From the IMG/VR virus record IMGVR_UViG_3300031450_000130, positions 1 to 28,508 of that record: DNA of 28,508 nt. One strand, given 5' to 3'. Below the pieces are notes generated by a model. The model worked only from the letters and a program-made list of their open reading frames with translations, was not told the origin of the DNA and did no database searches. Shown in pieces: positions 19,378 through 27,926 of this stretch (position 1 is the stretch's first letter; the number at the start of each line of letters is the position of its first letter). The translations under genes were made by a program, and so were the position numbers. The stretch is from a virus. Its lineage: Duplodnaviria; Caudoviricetes.

Positions 19378-19938
19378 CTAACCGACAAACCGTACCCAAG
19401 CCACGCCTCCCGCCGGCAACGCCTCCACCAGCGCCGCCGTCACCGCCGCATCCGGCGTCGCACTCCGCTTCAACACCACCAAGCACTCCAGCGGCATCGC
19501 CAGCGATCCCCAGCCCCCCGCAACTCCCCAGCCTAGTCCTGGCCCGCCATAAACTCCTGTATCCCGCGGCTGCGCCGGCTCGAAAACCCGCATCGCGCCC
19601 GCACCCTCCTCCACTGCCGCCGCCAGCAGCGCAGCCCGTGTCGCCCGGACCCGATGCAGCACCCGCCCAATCCGCGCACGAAACGTCTCGTCCGCCTCCC
19701 CCGCCCGCCGCGGCAGCCGCCCGCCAAACAGGTCTTGCGCCGAAAGATCGAGAAACCCCGACGTCGCCGTCAGCAGCCGCGACTGCACCCGCACCGTGCC
19801 GAGCAGCGCATATAATCCAGCCCACGCGGCGCCGAGCCCCGTCAGCACCCCATCCAATACCGGCGCGACATCGGCAAACCACCGGTTTGGCAACGCCAGC
19901 CTCAATCGCAACCGCATGTCATCCTGATCGCCGGTCAT
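19378..19938 (-). CDS. Baseplate wedge protein (gpI-like position)
   Basis: LP.RWF, R..TAT..FLD....D.FG..LPRR.GE.D..FR.RI; ATGA-coupled to the baseplate J gene. Confidence 0.7.
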   Translation of the reverse strand: MTGDQDDMRLRLRLALPNRWFADVAPVLDGVLTGLGAAWAGLYALLGTVRVQSRLLTATSGFLDLSAQDLFGGRLPRRAGEADETFRARIGRVLHRVRATRAALLAAAVEEGAGAMRVFEPAQPRDTGVYGGPGLGWGVAGGWGSLAMPLECLVVLKRSATPDAAVTAALVEALPAGGVAWVRFVG

Positions 19939-21049
19939 GCCGACACCGTCATCGACCGTAGCCGCACGACGCCATAACGTCCCGGCGTCAGGTCATCGGC
20001 CAAACCATTCAATGTCACATCCGAAACCCGCGTCACCCCGGGATCGGCGTCATGCGCCCGTTGGATCACCCGCGACACCACCAGCCCGGCTCCAATCGGC
20101 AGCGCCGCCACATACGCTCCCACCGCCGCCCGCACCGCCGCCAAAGCCGCAGCAGGTCCAGCCACCTTCAGCGCAACATCCACCAGCACCACCAGCGGCG
20201 CCCGCACGCTGAACGTGCTGCCTATAGGCCGGATTGCCTCGATCGCCGCTCCCGCCCGCGCCAGCAGCGCTGGTGTTGCCCCGCCCGAACCATCGTCGAT
20301 GGTGACCGTGTGAAGTGCCCCGCTCGAACCGCGCCAGCCGCATCCATCCGCTCCGCAACGGCGAACGACAATCCCTGCTGCAGCCCCCGAATAGCAAACT
20401 CGACCGCGCCCACCGTCGCCCGCGTCCGGCTATCGATGAATCCGCCAAAACGCACCCGCAGCGCCGCATCGGCTTCCGCATCCAATCCGCCCGCCGCCGC
20501 CGCTTCGTTCGTCACCGCGTCCACTCCCGGGATGGCGCTGGCCAACAGCCGCATCTCCCCAGCCCGTACGTTACCCGCCCGACCAGCCGCCAGTGCCCTC
20601 ACCGGAGCCACGACCGCGACATGATCGCCCGACAGCAGGTATCCCGCCCCCGTCCAGGCTGGATGCCCTGCATCCGCCAGTACGGTAAACGACAGCGCGT
20701 CAGTCCCCGTCCCCGTCTTCACCAAAGCTCCTACCGGCACCACCGAACTCAACCCCGTGGTGGTCCGGCTGAACGTCGCCCACCCTACCGCCGGAATGCC
20801 CGGCAACCGCGTCAAGCCAAAATCTGCCACCCAGCTATCCAGGTCCAAACCCGCACTGGTTGCCGCCCGGGTGGTCGCCAGCACCTCGACGATCAGCCAC
20901 TGCACCCACAGGCCAATGCTGGCATTCGCCTCCAGCACCGCCCGCAGCACGCTCCCGACCGACAGGTCGATCAGCCCGCGCGCCGCCCCCTGCACCGCCG
21001 CCGCCTGCGTCCGCACCAGCGCCGTGAAATCCTGCAACGGAAGCTGCAT
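19935..21049 (-). pseudogene. Baseplate J/gp47-family protein, frameshifted
   Basis: GSVLRAVLEA, LDSW.ADFGL.RLP, G..GNV, GG.DAE.DA.LR.RF. An AC duplication at ~20307-20312 (TTC ACACG GTC) breaks GHFTVTIDDGSG; the repaired length is ~370 aa. Confidence 0.85.
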
Positions 21050-21052
21050 GGT

Positions 21053-21421
21053 CTATTTCCCCATTTCGATGGAAAGCGTCCGCGCCTCCGCCGTATCTGC
21101 GTCGGCATACCGAATCTGCACCGACAAGGTGCCGCCAGGATCGGACTGCACGTCGATGACCGGCTCTGGCACTCGCGCCACCGCCAATTCCAGCAGCATC
21201 TGCATCCGGATCACCGCCTGGATCGCCGCCGCATCAGCCGGCTCTCCCACAAACCGCGCCAAACCCGCTCCATAGCCCGGTTGCCAGACATAATCCCCAG
21301 GATTAGTCAGCAGCCGCCGCAATACCCGCTCCGTCCCCAAGGCCGGTCCCGTCACAGTAACAAAGTCCCCCGTCGGCCCCACGAACAAGTCCCCAGCCCA
21401 GCCCTGATGCAAATCCGCCAA
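21053..21421 (-). CDS. Baseplate gpW/gp25-like protein
   Basis: GGAGGAGG RBS then TTG: MADLHQGWAGDL..RVLRRLLTNPGDYVWQPGYGAGL. Confidence 0.75.
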   Translation of the reverse strand: MADLHQGWAGDLFVGPTGDFVTVTGPALGTERVLRRLLTNPGDYVWQPGYGAGLARFVGEPADAAAIQAVIRMQMLLELAVARVPEPVIDVQSDPGGTLSVQIRYADADTAEARTLSIEMGK

Positions 21422-21448
21422 ACCACCCTCCTCCAAAGCGGCAATCTC

Positions 21449-21482
21449 CCCCTCTCCCTCCGGGAAAAGGCCAAGGTGAGGG
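21449..21482. repeat. BoxC/REP-like intergenic repeat, copy 3
   Basis: CCCCTCTCCCTCCGGGAAAAGGCCAAGGTGAGGG, plus an inverted half-copy CCCTCACCCAA at 21531-21541. Confidence 0.6.
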
Positions 21483-21514
21483 CGCTCGAACAACTCAAAG
21501 TTGCTCGCGGCAAC

Positions 21515-22054
21515 TCACCCCTGCTTCCCACCCTCACCCAAATCCTTAGGCTCCGGCGGTGCCGTGATCCCACCCTGCGGGTCAGCATGTCGATGTCGGT
21601 TATAGCTCTGCCGCAGCTGATCCAATGACCCACGTCGGTCAAAGACCTCGCCCTCGATATGCAAATCGCCTCGCACCGAAACCGTCCCGTCATTCAGCAA
21701 ACGCAAATAACTGCCGCTTCGATGCGTCAGCCATAACTCGCCGACAGGTGTTGCCGGCATCGCCGCCAGCGCGCTCCAGGCCCGCCCGGCAATGACCCCA
21801 TGCTCCGCATCACCCTCCTGCGGCAGCACCATCACCTGGTCTCCAGGCGAAGGCGGGCACGAAATCCCCCACCCGGCCCCCACCCAAGGGCTGAGCACCG
21901 GCAGCCACCCCGTCAAAACTCCATCCGGCTGTAATTGCACCCGCGCCGTCCCGGCCGCCGGATCAACCGACGTCACCACCCCGAACCGAGGCTGCCCCGC
22001 CGCCGCATCCTGTGCTCCCGTATGCGCCTTGATCGCGTTCAGAAACCGGTCCAT
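21515..22054 (-). CDS. Baseplate spike, gpV family
   Basis: G.V.SVDP....RV, TGWLP, PSPGDQV.V, C-terminal H-x-H (HRH) metal-binding tip. ATG 22054 overlaps the upstream stop (TGATG). Confidence 0.88.
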   Translation of the reverse strand: MDRFLNAIKAHTGAQDAAAGQPRFGVVTSVDPAAGTARVQLQPDGVLTGWLPVLSPWVGAGWGISCPPSPGDQVMVLPQEGDAEHGVIAGRAWSALAAMPATPVGELWLTHRSGSYLRLLNDGTVSVRGDLHIEGEVFDRRGSLDQLRQSYNRHRHADPQGGITAPPEPKDLGEGGKQG

Positions 22055-23082
22055 CAGCGTCCCCCGTCCGGCCCGAGCGGCACAGCCTGCAGGCACAGCC
22101 GTTGGGTGAAACCCCGCCGCACATCCAAATGCCGGCTCAGCTCCGCCACTGCGTAACTCCGGTCCCAATCCGCTCCGGCACCCAGCAATGCCACCCGGGT
22201 CCGCGCCGTCATCTCAAGCTCCCCCGGCATCGTCGCCTGCGCCGTCCACTCATGCCGCAGCAGATCCGCCAACGCCCACTCCGCCGCCACCTGGGCCTGT
22301 CCGGCATTGAGGTTCGGCCGAACCAACTCATGCCGCCACGTCGCCGCGCCACGCCCAACCCCGCGCCGCCCAGCTTCCCGACGCGCTGTATGCTGAACCG
22401 CCACCCCAGCCCGAGTGCCCCAGCTCCGCACCATCACCTCAATCGCCCGCGACAGCCCCACCTGGTGCTCAAGCTCCAGCCCTAGGCAGTCCTCAACGCG
22501 AAGCACGACCAGCCCATCCCCGGTCGGCGGCGCAAACCGCAGCCGCTCACCCTCCATGAACAGGTCAAATCCCTCCTGACCCGCCAGAAATGCGAGCAAG
22601 TCCCACTCGGTCATCGCTCGCGCGAACTGCCCCAGCGTCAGCCGGTCGTGCTCGTTCTGGTAATACCGCCCAACCGGCGTCGACGTCGGCGTCGCATCCG
22701 CCACCAGCCCGTGCCGCCCGGCAATAACCTCGACAATCTCGCTCGAGGTCCGGTTGGCAAACGTCTCCCCCACCCGCGCCTCGATCAGCCCGGACGACAG
22801 ATCCCGCCCCTCGATCTCCAGCACGCCCCGGATCGGATCAAATGAGACCGTATCCGCGGTCCCCAGCACCAGGCTGGCCCACCTGTCACCGAACCCAACC
22901 TGCACATCCAACCGCAACCCCGGCGCTTGCAGTCCGGCCATATCCGCAACCCGCGCCGCAAACCGCACTCGAAATCGATCCGCCGCCAAATGATTGTTGG
23001 CGAACACGTCCACCGCCAGCACACCCGCCAGCGCCGACCCATCCGCCAGGACCTGCGCCCGCGGCGCTCTAGCTCCGCTCAA
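22054..23082 (-). CDS. Baseplate hub, phage late-control gpD-like protein
   Basis: 342 aa; I.GRD.S..LI, F.N.TSSEIV..IA.RHGL, EWDLL.FLA.QEGF; upstream of the spike gene. Confidence 0.78.
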   Translation of the reverse strand: MSGARAPRAQVLADGSALAGVLAVDVFANNHLAADRFRVRFAARVADMAGLQAPGLRLDVQVGFGDRWASLVLGTADTVSFDPIRGVLEIEGRDLSSGLIEARVGETFANRTSSEIVEVIAGRHGLVADATPTSTPVGRYYQNEHDRLTLGQFARAMTEWDLLAFLAGQEGFDLFMEGERLRFAPPTGDGLVVLRVEDCLGLELEHQVGLSRAIEVMVRSWGTRAGVAVQHTARREAGRRGVGRGAATWRHELVRPNLNAGQAQVAAEWALADLLRHEWTAQATMPGELEMTARTRVALLGAGADWDRSYAVAELSRHLDVRRGFTQRLCLQAVPLGPDGGR

Positions 23083-23254
23083 TGCCGCCTCCAGCCGCCG
23101 GGTCCACCGTCGGCAGCTTCAAAGTAACAAGCCCCGCCAGCACCGGATCAGACAGCCCGTTGATCTTGGCGATCCGGTTCCACTGCGTCGCATCACCCAA
23201 ATGCGCCAGTGCCAGCCGAAACAGGTCACCTCCCGCCACGGTCACAATATTCAC
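23069..23254 (-). CDS. Tail protein X / LysM-like baseplate protein
   Basis: GGDLFRLA..HLGDATQW.RIA.INGL.DP..L.LP, 61 aa. Confidence 0.75.
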   Translation of the reverse strand: MNIVTVAGGDLFRLALAHLGDATQWNRIAKINGLSDPVLAGLVTLKLPTVDPAAGGGIERS

Positions 23255-23810
23255 GTTTTGTTCTCCAAACTCGTCGTATAGGCCCGCGCCGTGGCCAGCC
23301 GGGCCAACAACCCCGCAGCCGCCACGACATCCGACAAAGCCGCTGACGCAAGGCCAATCCCAGCCGCCGCCATCTCGCTCTCAAGCTCCGGCCCCGCCCC
23401 CAGCGCCGCCGCCTCAGCCAGCGTCGCCAATGCCGGTAGCGTCTCGACCGCCGCCAAGTCCCCATCGATAGCACCGTGCATGAAATCCGATACGGCACCC
23501 ACCACGGATTGGCGCTGTCCGCCTCAAAACGCGAAATGATCACAGTGTAACGCCACCCATCCCACCCGAGTGGCAGCGCCTGCCCTGCCCGCCGCAACCG
23601 GTCCAGCTGCCGGACTCGCTCCGCCGCGCCGATCCCCGAAATCATCCCCGACCAAGCCAGCTCCCGATCATCCGGCCCCATCGCATCCACGATCCGCGTC
23701 CCGCCCGGCAACGTATGCACCGTCAGCCGCTGCCGCCCGCCCATCGTGATCCGCTCCGGCACCTCGAACCCCTGGAATGCGACCGGCCCCAATACCGGCG
23801 GCGATCCCAT
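23251..23810 (-). pseudogene. Tail tube initiator (gpU-like), frameshifted
   Basis: FEVPE.I..GG.Q.L.VH.LPGG.R.VDAMG. One base is missing near 23465-23468 (TCG [G]AT GGG GAC); adding it joins ORF 23251-23505 into ~186 aa. Confidence 0.7.
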
Positions 23811-24911
23811 CACGACGCTCCCGACGGCGTCCATGCCGCAGCCTGCCGCGGATCAAACCGCGTCGTCCCAGCCGGAGGCCGAGCCGCGTCGCGGCCCATC
23901 CGATCCGCCAGCCAATGCCCCACCAGCCGTCCATCGAGCATTACGTCCCCTCCACCCTTGCCGCCATCCTGCGCCTGGGGTGGCGGCACCGCCGGGCTGC
24001 CCGGCAACAGCTCGCGCCCCGGCGGCATTGCTTGTCCTTCCAGCCTCCCCGCAATGGGCGCCGCGGGCGCCAGCGGGACTGCAACCATCGACGGAACCCG
24101 TGGTGGCGGCGCATTCGGCCGCTGATGCCTCCCGCGCTCCACATTCCGCATCGGCTCCATCGCACCGATCGGCGCACCTGGCGCCACAGGCGCTACCGCA
24201 GCCGCGCGCTGCGTTTTCATCACCGGAGCCGCCCGCGCCATTGGCGCTGCGGCCCGCATCGCTTCCGCTGCCGCCGGCGTAATCGGCGCGACCGGAATTG
24301 CAATCGCCGCCCCCCTGGCCGGTCCCGCCCCCGAAGTCTGCCCGGGCGCGGCCGGCACACGGTCCGCCACTGCCTGCGGCACGAGCAGAGCCGCCGCCCG
24401 CACCGGCGCCGCCGCCGGAGCCGCAACCGCCGCCGCAACCCGCGTCGCCACCGGAACTCCAGCCCAGCGCGCCGCCACCCCCGGCGTCGCCCCGACCAGC
24501 GCCGCCATCACCGCAACCGGAGCCGCCTGCGCCGGCATCGCCGCTGTCCTTACCACTAACGGCGCCACCGCCGGCCGCTCAAAATCCGCCGTTGGTGCCG
24601 TGACCGCAATCCCCGAAGACAACGCCGCCCGAGCCGCCACTGGCACGCCCGCCGCGGCCGGCTCCGCCATCGCTGCAACCGCCTCCACGATTGTAGGCAC
24701 CTAGAATTGCCCCAGCCGCCGCGACCGCCTGCGCCGCCCCCTGCGCCGCGGCTGTCAGCGCCACGGCTGTCGGCACCTCCAGCCGACCCGCCGACACCGT
24801 CGCCGCCACCGCCCGGTCCAGCATTCCCAGCCCCTGCGCGATCACCCGCAGCCCGGCGCTTACCCCATCCTGCAGCGCCAATTCAATGCCGATCTCATAC
24901 GCGTCGATCAT
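23810..24911 (-). pseudogene. Short tape-measure-like protein, frameshifted
   Basis: N-terminus MIDAYEIGIELALQDGVSAGL and C-terminus GDVMLDGRLVG..GTTRFDP in the tape-measure position. Frame change at ~24701 (CTA G GTG). Repaired length ~366 aa, Ala/Pro/Val-rich. Confidence 0.65.
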
Positions 24912-24934
24912 GCTCAGCCCCTAAGATGCTTAGC

Positions 24935-25240
24935 TCAACGGAGCTGCATAGAGTCTGGGCCACGCACCTCTGACCAGACTGCGACATTTGAGATATCAGA
25001 TAAAATCTTTAAGGCAGTATCTTTGTTAAGCTTAACATCTTCTGGTAATGTAACTACGAATCCTGTATTACCGCTTTCCCAGACAACATTCTGCTCAATT
25101 ATCATTTTTTGCATACCTCTCTCACGAACAAAAATGAATATATGCCAATGTTCATTAGGTAATCGATAGCATCCTTCAACAAAAGACATATCATTTTCCA
25201 TGACAAGATCAAATGTTAATTCTGCTACTGCAACTTCCAT
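24935..25240 (-). CDS. Low-GC hypothetical protein, candidate orphan immunity protein
   Basis: AT-rich 84-101 aa ORF at the end of the toxin/immunity array; no recognisable motif. Confidence 0.55.
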   Translation of the reverse strand: MEVAVAELTFDLVMENDMSFVEGCYRLPNEHWHIFIFVRERGMQKMIIEQNVVWESGNTGFVVTLPEDVKLNKDTALKILSDISNVAVWSEVRGPDSMQLR

Positions 25241-25347
25241 GATTATGGAGCAAATTCCTAATTGGACTTCGCGTATTCTTTGAGTAAAACTAATATATTA
25301 ATGTATCATGAGATACAAGTAGGATTCCTATAGTCCTTCTCGGCCGG

Positions 25348-25701
25348 TCACACGGCGTCCAACACCCCACGATCGAAATAGAACGTGACCTCTGGGCCGT
25401 AGCCTTCATACGTTATAACCCGATATCTCGGGTCCAAATCGAAAAGAGTTTTGCCCCAATCGTGGACAATCTCGTTTGCAAAACTTTCCAGTTCGCCTTC
25501 ATCCTGTACATCAGGAAAAAAGTCATACATGTGTATGTGGTTCAGCAATCTCTCAAGATCAGCAGGTGACTCTGCCTCCCGTTCGATCCACTGATCAATG
25601 ACGTCTGTGTCTGTGTTGCGCGCGTCGAGGTGCAATCCCCTATACACTTTTATCTCAAGGTGCTTCAGTCGCTGTAATGTTCTCTGATCTTCTGATGTCA
25701 T
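25348..25701 (-). CDS. Putative immunity protein for the Ntox24-like toxin
   Basis: 117 aa, acidic, E..NH.H.YD.F..W...L..YGPEVTF; ATGA overlap with the toxin stop. Confidence 0.7.
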   Translation of the reverse strand: MTSEDQRTLQRLKHLEIKVYRGLHLDARNTDTDVIDQWIEREAESPADLERLLNHIHMYDFFPDVQDEGELESFANEIVHDWGKTLFDLDPRYRVITYEGYGPEVTFYFDRGVLDAV

Positions 25702-26222
25702 GGGACTTCTCTCGGAGTCGCTCGTCTCGGAAAGCTCGGGGTTCCCACGAACACCTCTCCCAATGTTGAAAGATTACGAGCAAACTCGGTGACGTGTGGT
25801 GTGGGAACGCCCCCATGAGACGCACCTATCGTATCAACTCTGTAAGCGGGGAAGCCATCCGCCGCCCAAACTTGGTAGCTTGTGATAGTGCCATTGCTGT
25901 CCGCGCGATACATCACAATATTCGGCGTTTGGGGCGTCGTTGGGAAGCGTCCCCGGACCTGTATCCCGATGTTCTTGACATCGCTCCCGAGAACCCTTGG
26001 GACCAACGGCCGGCCCGGGTTGGCAAACGTGTTCACCGGCCCCTGCGGCGTCGGCCCGCCGTTGCGCGCGCCTGCCAACGCCCGCCCGAGCGCGTCAACC
26101 TCGGCCTGCCTCGGCCCGAAACCTTCCGGTCCCGTGACATGCTGTTTCTGGAGTTCAGGGTTCCTGAGGTCGATCTCTTCTAACCGGGAGCGCATCGAGT
26201 TGTAGAGCTCTAGCCGGAACAA
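25698..26222 (-). CDS. Polymorphic toxin C-terminal cassette, Ntox24-like predicted RNase
   Basis: ITSYQVW..DG...RVDTIGASHGGVPTPHV..R.ATP.EVP fits the Y/H/H pattern of toxin type 24. No clear RBS or start, so probably an orphan C-terminal module. Confidence 0.7.
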   Translation of the reverse strand: MFRLELYNSMRSRLEEIDLRNPELQKQHVTGPEGFGPRQAEVDALGRALAGARNGGPTPQGPVNTFANPGRPLVPRVLGSDVKNIGIQVRGRFPTTPQTPNIVMYRADSNGTITSYQVWAADGFPAYRVDTIGASHGGVPTPHVTEFARNLSTLGEVFVGTPSFPRRATPREVP

Positions 26223-26300
26223 CTCGGAATCGCTCAGTGCATGTCCACCCGTCCGTTGGCTAGGGGTCCGGATGTCTAGGCGCGCTTATCGCAACCCCCT

Positions 26301-26735
26301 TCAACCATCATCGTCGTCGGGGATGCGATACAGGTCGATGTCCAGATCGGCATCAAGGTTCGCCATGAACTTGATGGCGCGTTTGGACACGTAAAATGGT
26401 GGTCTTTCGTCGCCAACGATGTATAGGGCAACCAACATCCGGAACTCGCCGCCGAAGTCTAGCGCTTTGAGCTGCTCCTCAACCCCTGCGAGCTGAGCAA
26501 CGACGTCGTCGATCTGCTCGGTAACTTTGTGAGTGACCGGCAGCCTGCTTTTTATCTCCCAAGCACTGCTCCGCCGCTTCATGGCCGGGGCCGGCCCGAC
26601 ATCCCCCTTGCACCATGACTTGGTCGGCGTCAGGCCGAGCATCGCGGAGATCACGTCGGGATCGCAGGAAAAACCACAATAGTAAAATTCTACATGGAAT
26701 TTGCTTTTAAATATAAACTGGCGATCCAACGTCAT
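26301..26735 (-). CDS. DUF4279-like putative immunity protein
   Basis: DPD.IS..LGL.PT..W.KGD..SSAW...LDIDLY pattern; ATGA overlap with the toxin stop. Confidence 0.75.
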   Translation of the reverse strand: MTLDRQFIFKSKFHVEFYYCGFSCDPDVISAMLGLTPTKSWCKGDVGPAPAMKRRSSAWEIKSRLPVTHKVTEQIDDVVAQLAGVEEQLKALDFGGEFRMLVALYIVGDERPPFYVSKRAIKFMANLDADLDIDLYRIPDDDDG

Positions 26736-27376
26736 TTGAAGTCCCTTACATTGAACCCAGTCGGAGTGGGTTCACCCACACCATCCTTATCACCAACATA
26801 GATATTGCCCTTTTTATCTTTATACAGATCAACTCCGGTGCCATATATATCTTTCGTGCTATGAGCATCGTCATCTGTCTTGCCGAGCTTCCTTATCTCT
26901 CCATCCGAGAGTTTCTTCAAGTCCTTTAACTTTGGCGGCTCATCGGATTTCTCAGCATGAAGGACAGTCCCGAGGGCTTTCCGAGCGGCCTCAAGCCCCT
27001 CCAAAGTTAATCTGACAAAGTCTTCGTTCTCAGGCGCTCCCGGTAAAAAGACCGGTGGTAACGCCAATGGCTCATTCCGCCCAATGGCAAACTGAATTTG
27101 GTGGACTGCACCGCCATCGACACTCTAATCGCTCAGCGTCCCAGCCGTCTCCGAGCCGACGCTCTGCAGACGTGAATGTCCAACGCTTTCATTACCCGGC
27201 TGAGAAATGCCCTCCCCAGGTTCGGCTACGTCTTGCAGGACCTCCAACCTCGGCGTCCACCCGCGCAGCGGCCGCATCCGCCACATCCGTCCGTCATACC
27301 CACGCGGCGCCGGCGCCGGCCATTCGATCCGCAGCACCAGCGTGTCCACACCATACGGCAGCGCGTCGCCCGTCAC
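26732..27376 (-). pseudogene. Polymorphic toxin with Ntox33-like C-terminal domain, interrupted by an in-frame TAG
   Basis: C-terminus KLSDGEI.KL...DAHSTK..DLYKDKKGNIYV..K.G.GEP..TG.N has DxHxxK and DxxxD. It is in frame with GTG 27376 through the TAG at 27125-27127 (codon 84 of ~214). Confidence 0.72.
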
Positions 27377-27597
27377 GCCGTCCACCGCATCGCTCCCCAA
27401 TCCCAAACTCGTCCGTCCAACTCGCCCAGCACAACGATCCACGCCGTCCGCTCGGCCGCGTCCAGCGAAAACGCCACGTCGAATGACACCCCATTCCTAA
27501 CAAGAAACAAACTATCTACCAGGTCGGCGCTCCGCGTCAGTGCCCGCAGCGCAGCCGGGCCGCAATCCCCCGGCCCGGCTGCGCCTACAGGTTTCCC
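27373..27597 (-). CDS. -1 frame extension of the tail assembly chaperone (gpGT-like)
   Basis: No start of its own. The -1 frame reads GKPVG..ADLVDSLFLVRNGVSFDVAFSLD..ER.AW....GELDG..WDW..MRW. Fusion product ~184 aa. Confidence 0.75.
   Translation of the reverse strand, partial: GKPVGAAGPGDCGPAALRALTRSADLVDSLFLVRNGVSFDVAFSLDAAERTAWIVVLGELDGRVWDWGAMRWTA
27549..27597 (-). promoter_or_regulatory. Programmed -1 ribosomal frameshift signal
   Basis: G_GGA_AAC slippery heptamer (27597-27591), 6-nt spacer containing the 0-frame TAG, then a perfect 14-bp stem GCGCAGCCGGGCCG/CGGCCCGGCTGCGC with an 8-nt loop. Confidence 0.85.
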
Positions 27598-27926
27598 GGG
27601 GTGGCCGCCGCCAATCCCTCGCCCACGGCCGCCAGCCCCACGTCGCCCAGCCGCGCCACCAGCGCCTCCACTTGCGCTTCGTTCGCCGGCGCCGGCATCG
27701 GCATCGGCACGTCGTCGATCCCCACCACGCAAAACGCCAGCATGGTATAGCCGACATACCGGTCATTACTGGACAGCACCGGTCCTAGCGCCTTGAACAG
27801 CCGCAGCCGGTCCAGCGCTCCCGGCCGCCGAAACTGCAGCGTGCGCCCTGTCGCGTCAGTGACCGCGAGCGCCGCACCGGCCTCCGCCACGATACGCTGC
27901 GTCGGCGTGATAACCGTCGGCTCCAT
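27585..27926 (-). CDS. Tail assembly chaperone (gpG-like)
   Basis: 113 aa; D..GR.L..RRP..LD.LRLFKA.G..IDDVP...P...QVE.LV.RLGD.G; directly after the tube gene and ending in a slippery site. Confidence 0.75.
   Translation of the reverse strand: MEPTVITPTQRIVAEAGAALAVTDATGRTLQFRRPGALDRLRLFKALGPVLSSNDRYVGYTMLAFCVVGIDDVPMPMPAPANEAQVEALVARLGDVGLAAVGEGLAAATPGNL

Noticed and set aside
16966-27127. Stop-codon reassignment or selenocysteine to explain the in-frame TGA and TAG
   Set aside because: Both codons end many genes normally in this window, the two cases involve different codons, and frameshifts co-occur. Nonsense mutation is simpler.
26228-27136. 10-bp direct repeat AATCGCTCAG (26228-26237, 27127-27136), read as LSD ahead of both toxin domains, as a CT-swap recombination site
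   Set aside because: The position is suggestive, but a 10-bp match is expected by chance in a 2-kb region and the flanks do not align.
27549-27584. 14-bp hairpin as a rho-independent terminator
   Set aside because: It has no U-tract, and its spacing from G_GGA_AAC and the open -1 frame fit a frameshift stimulator better.
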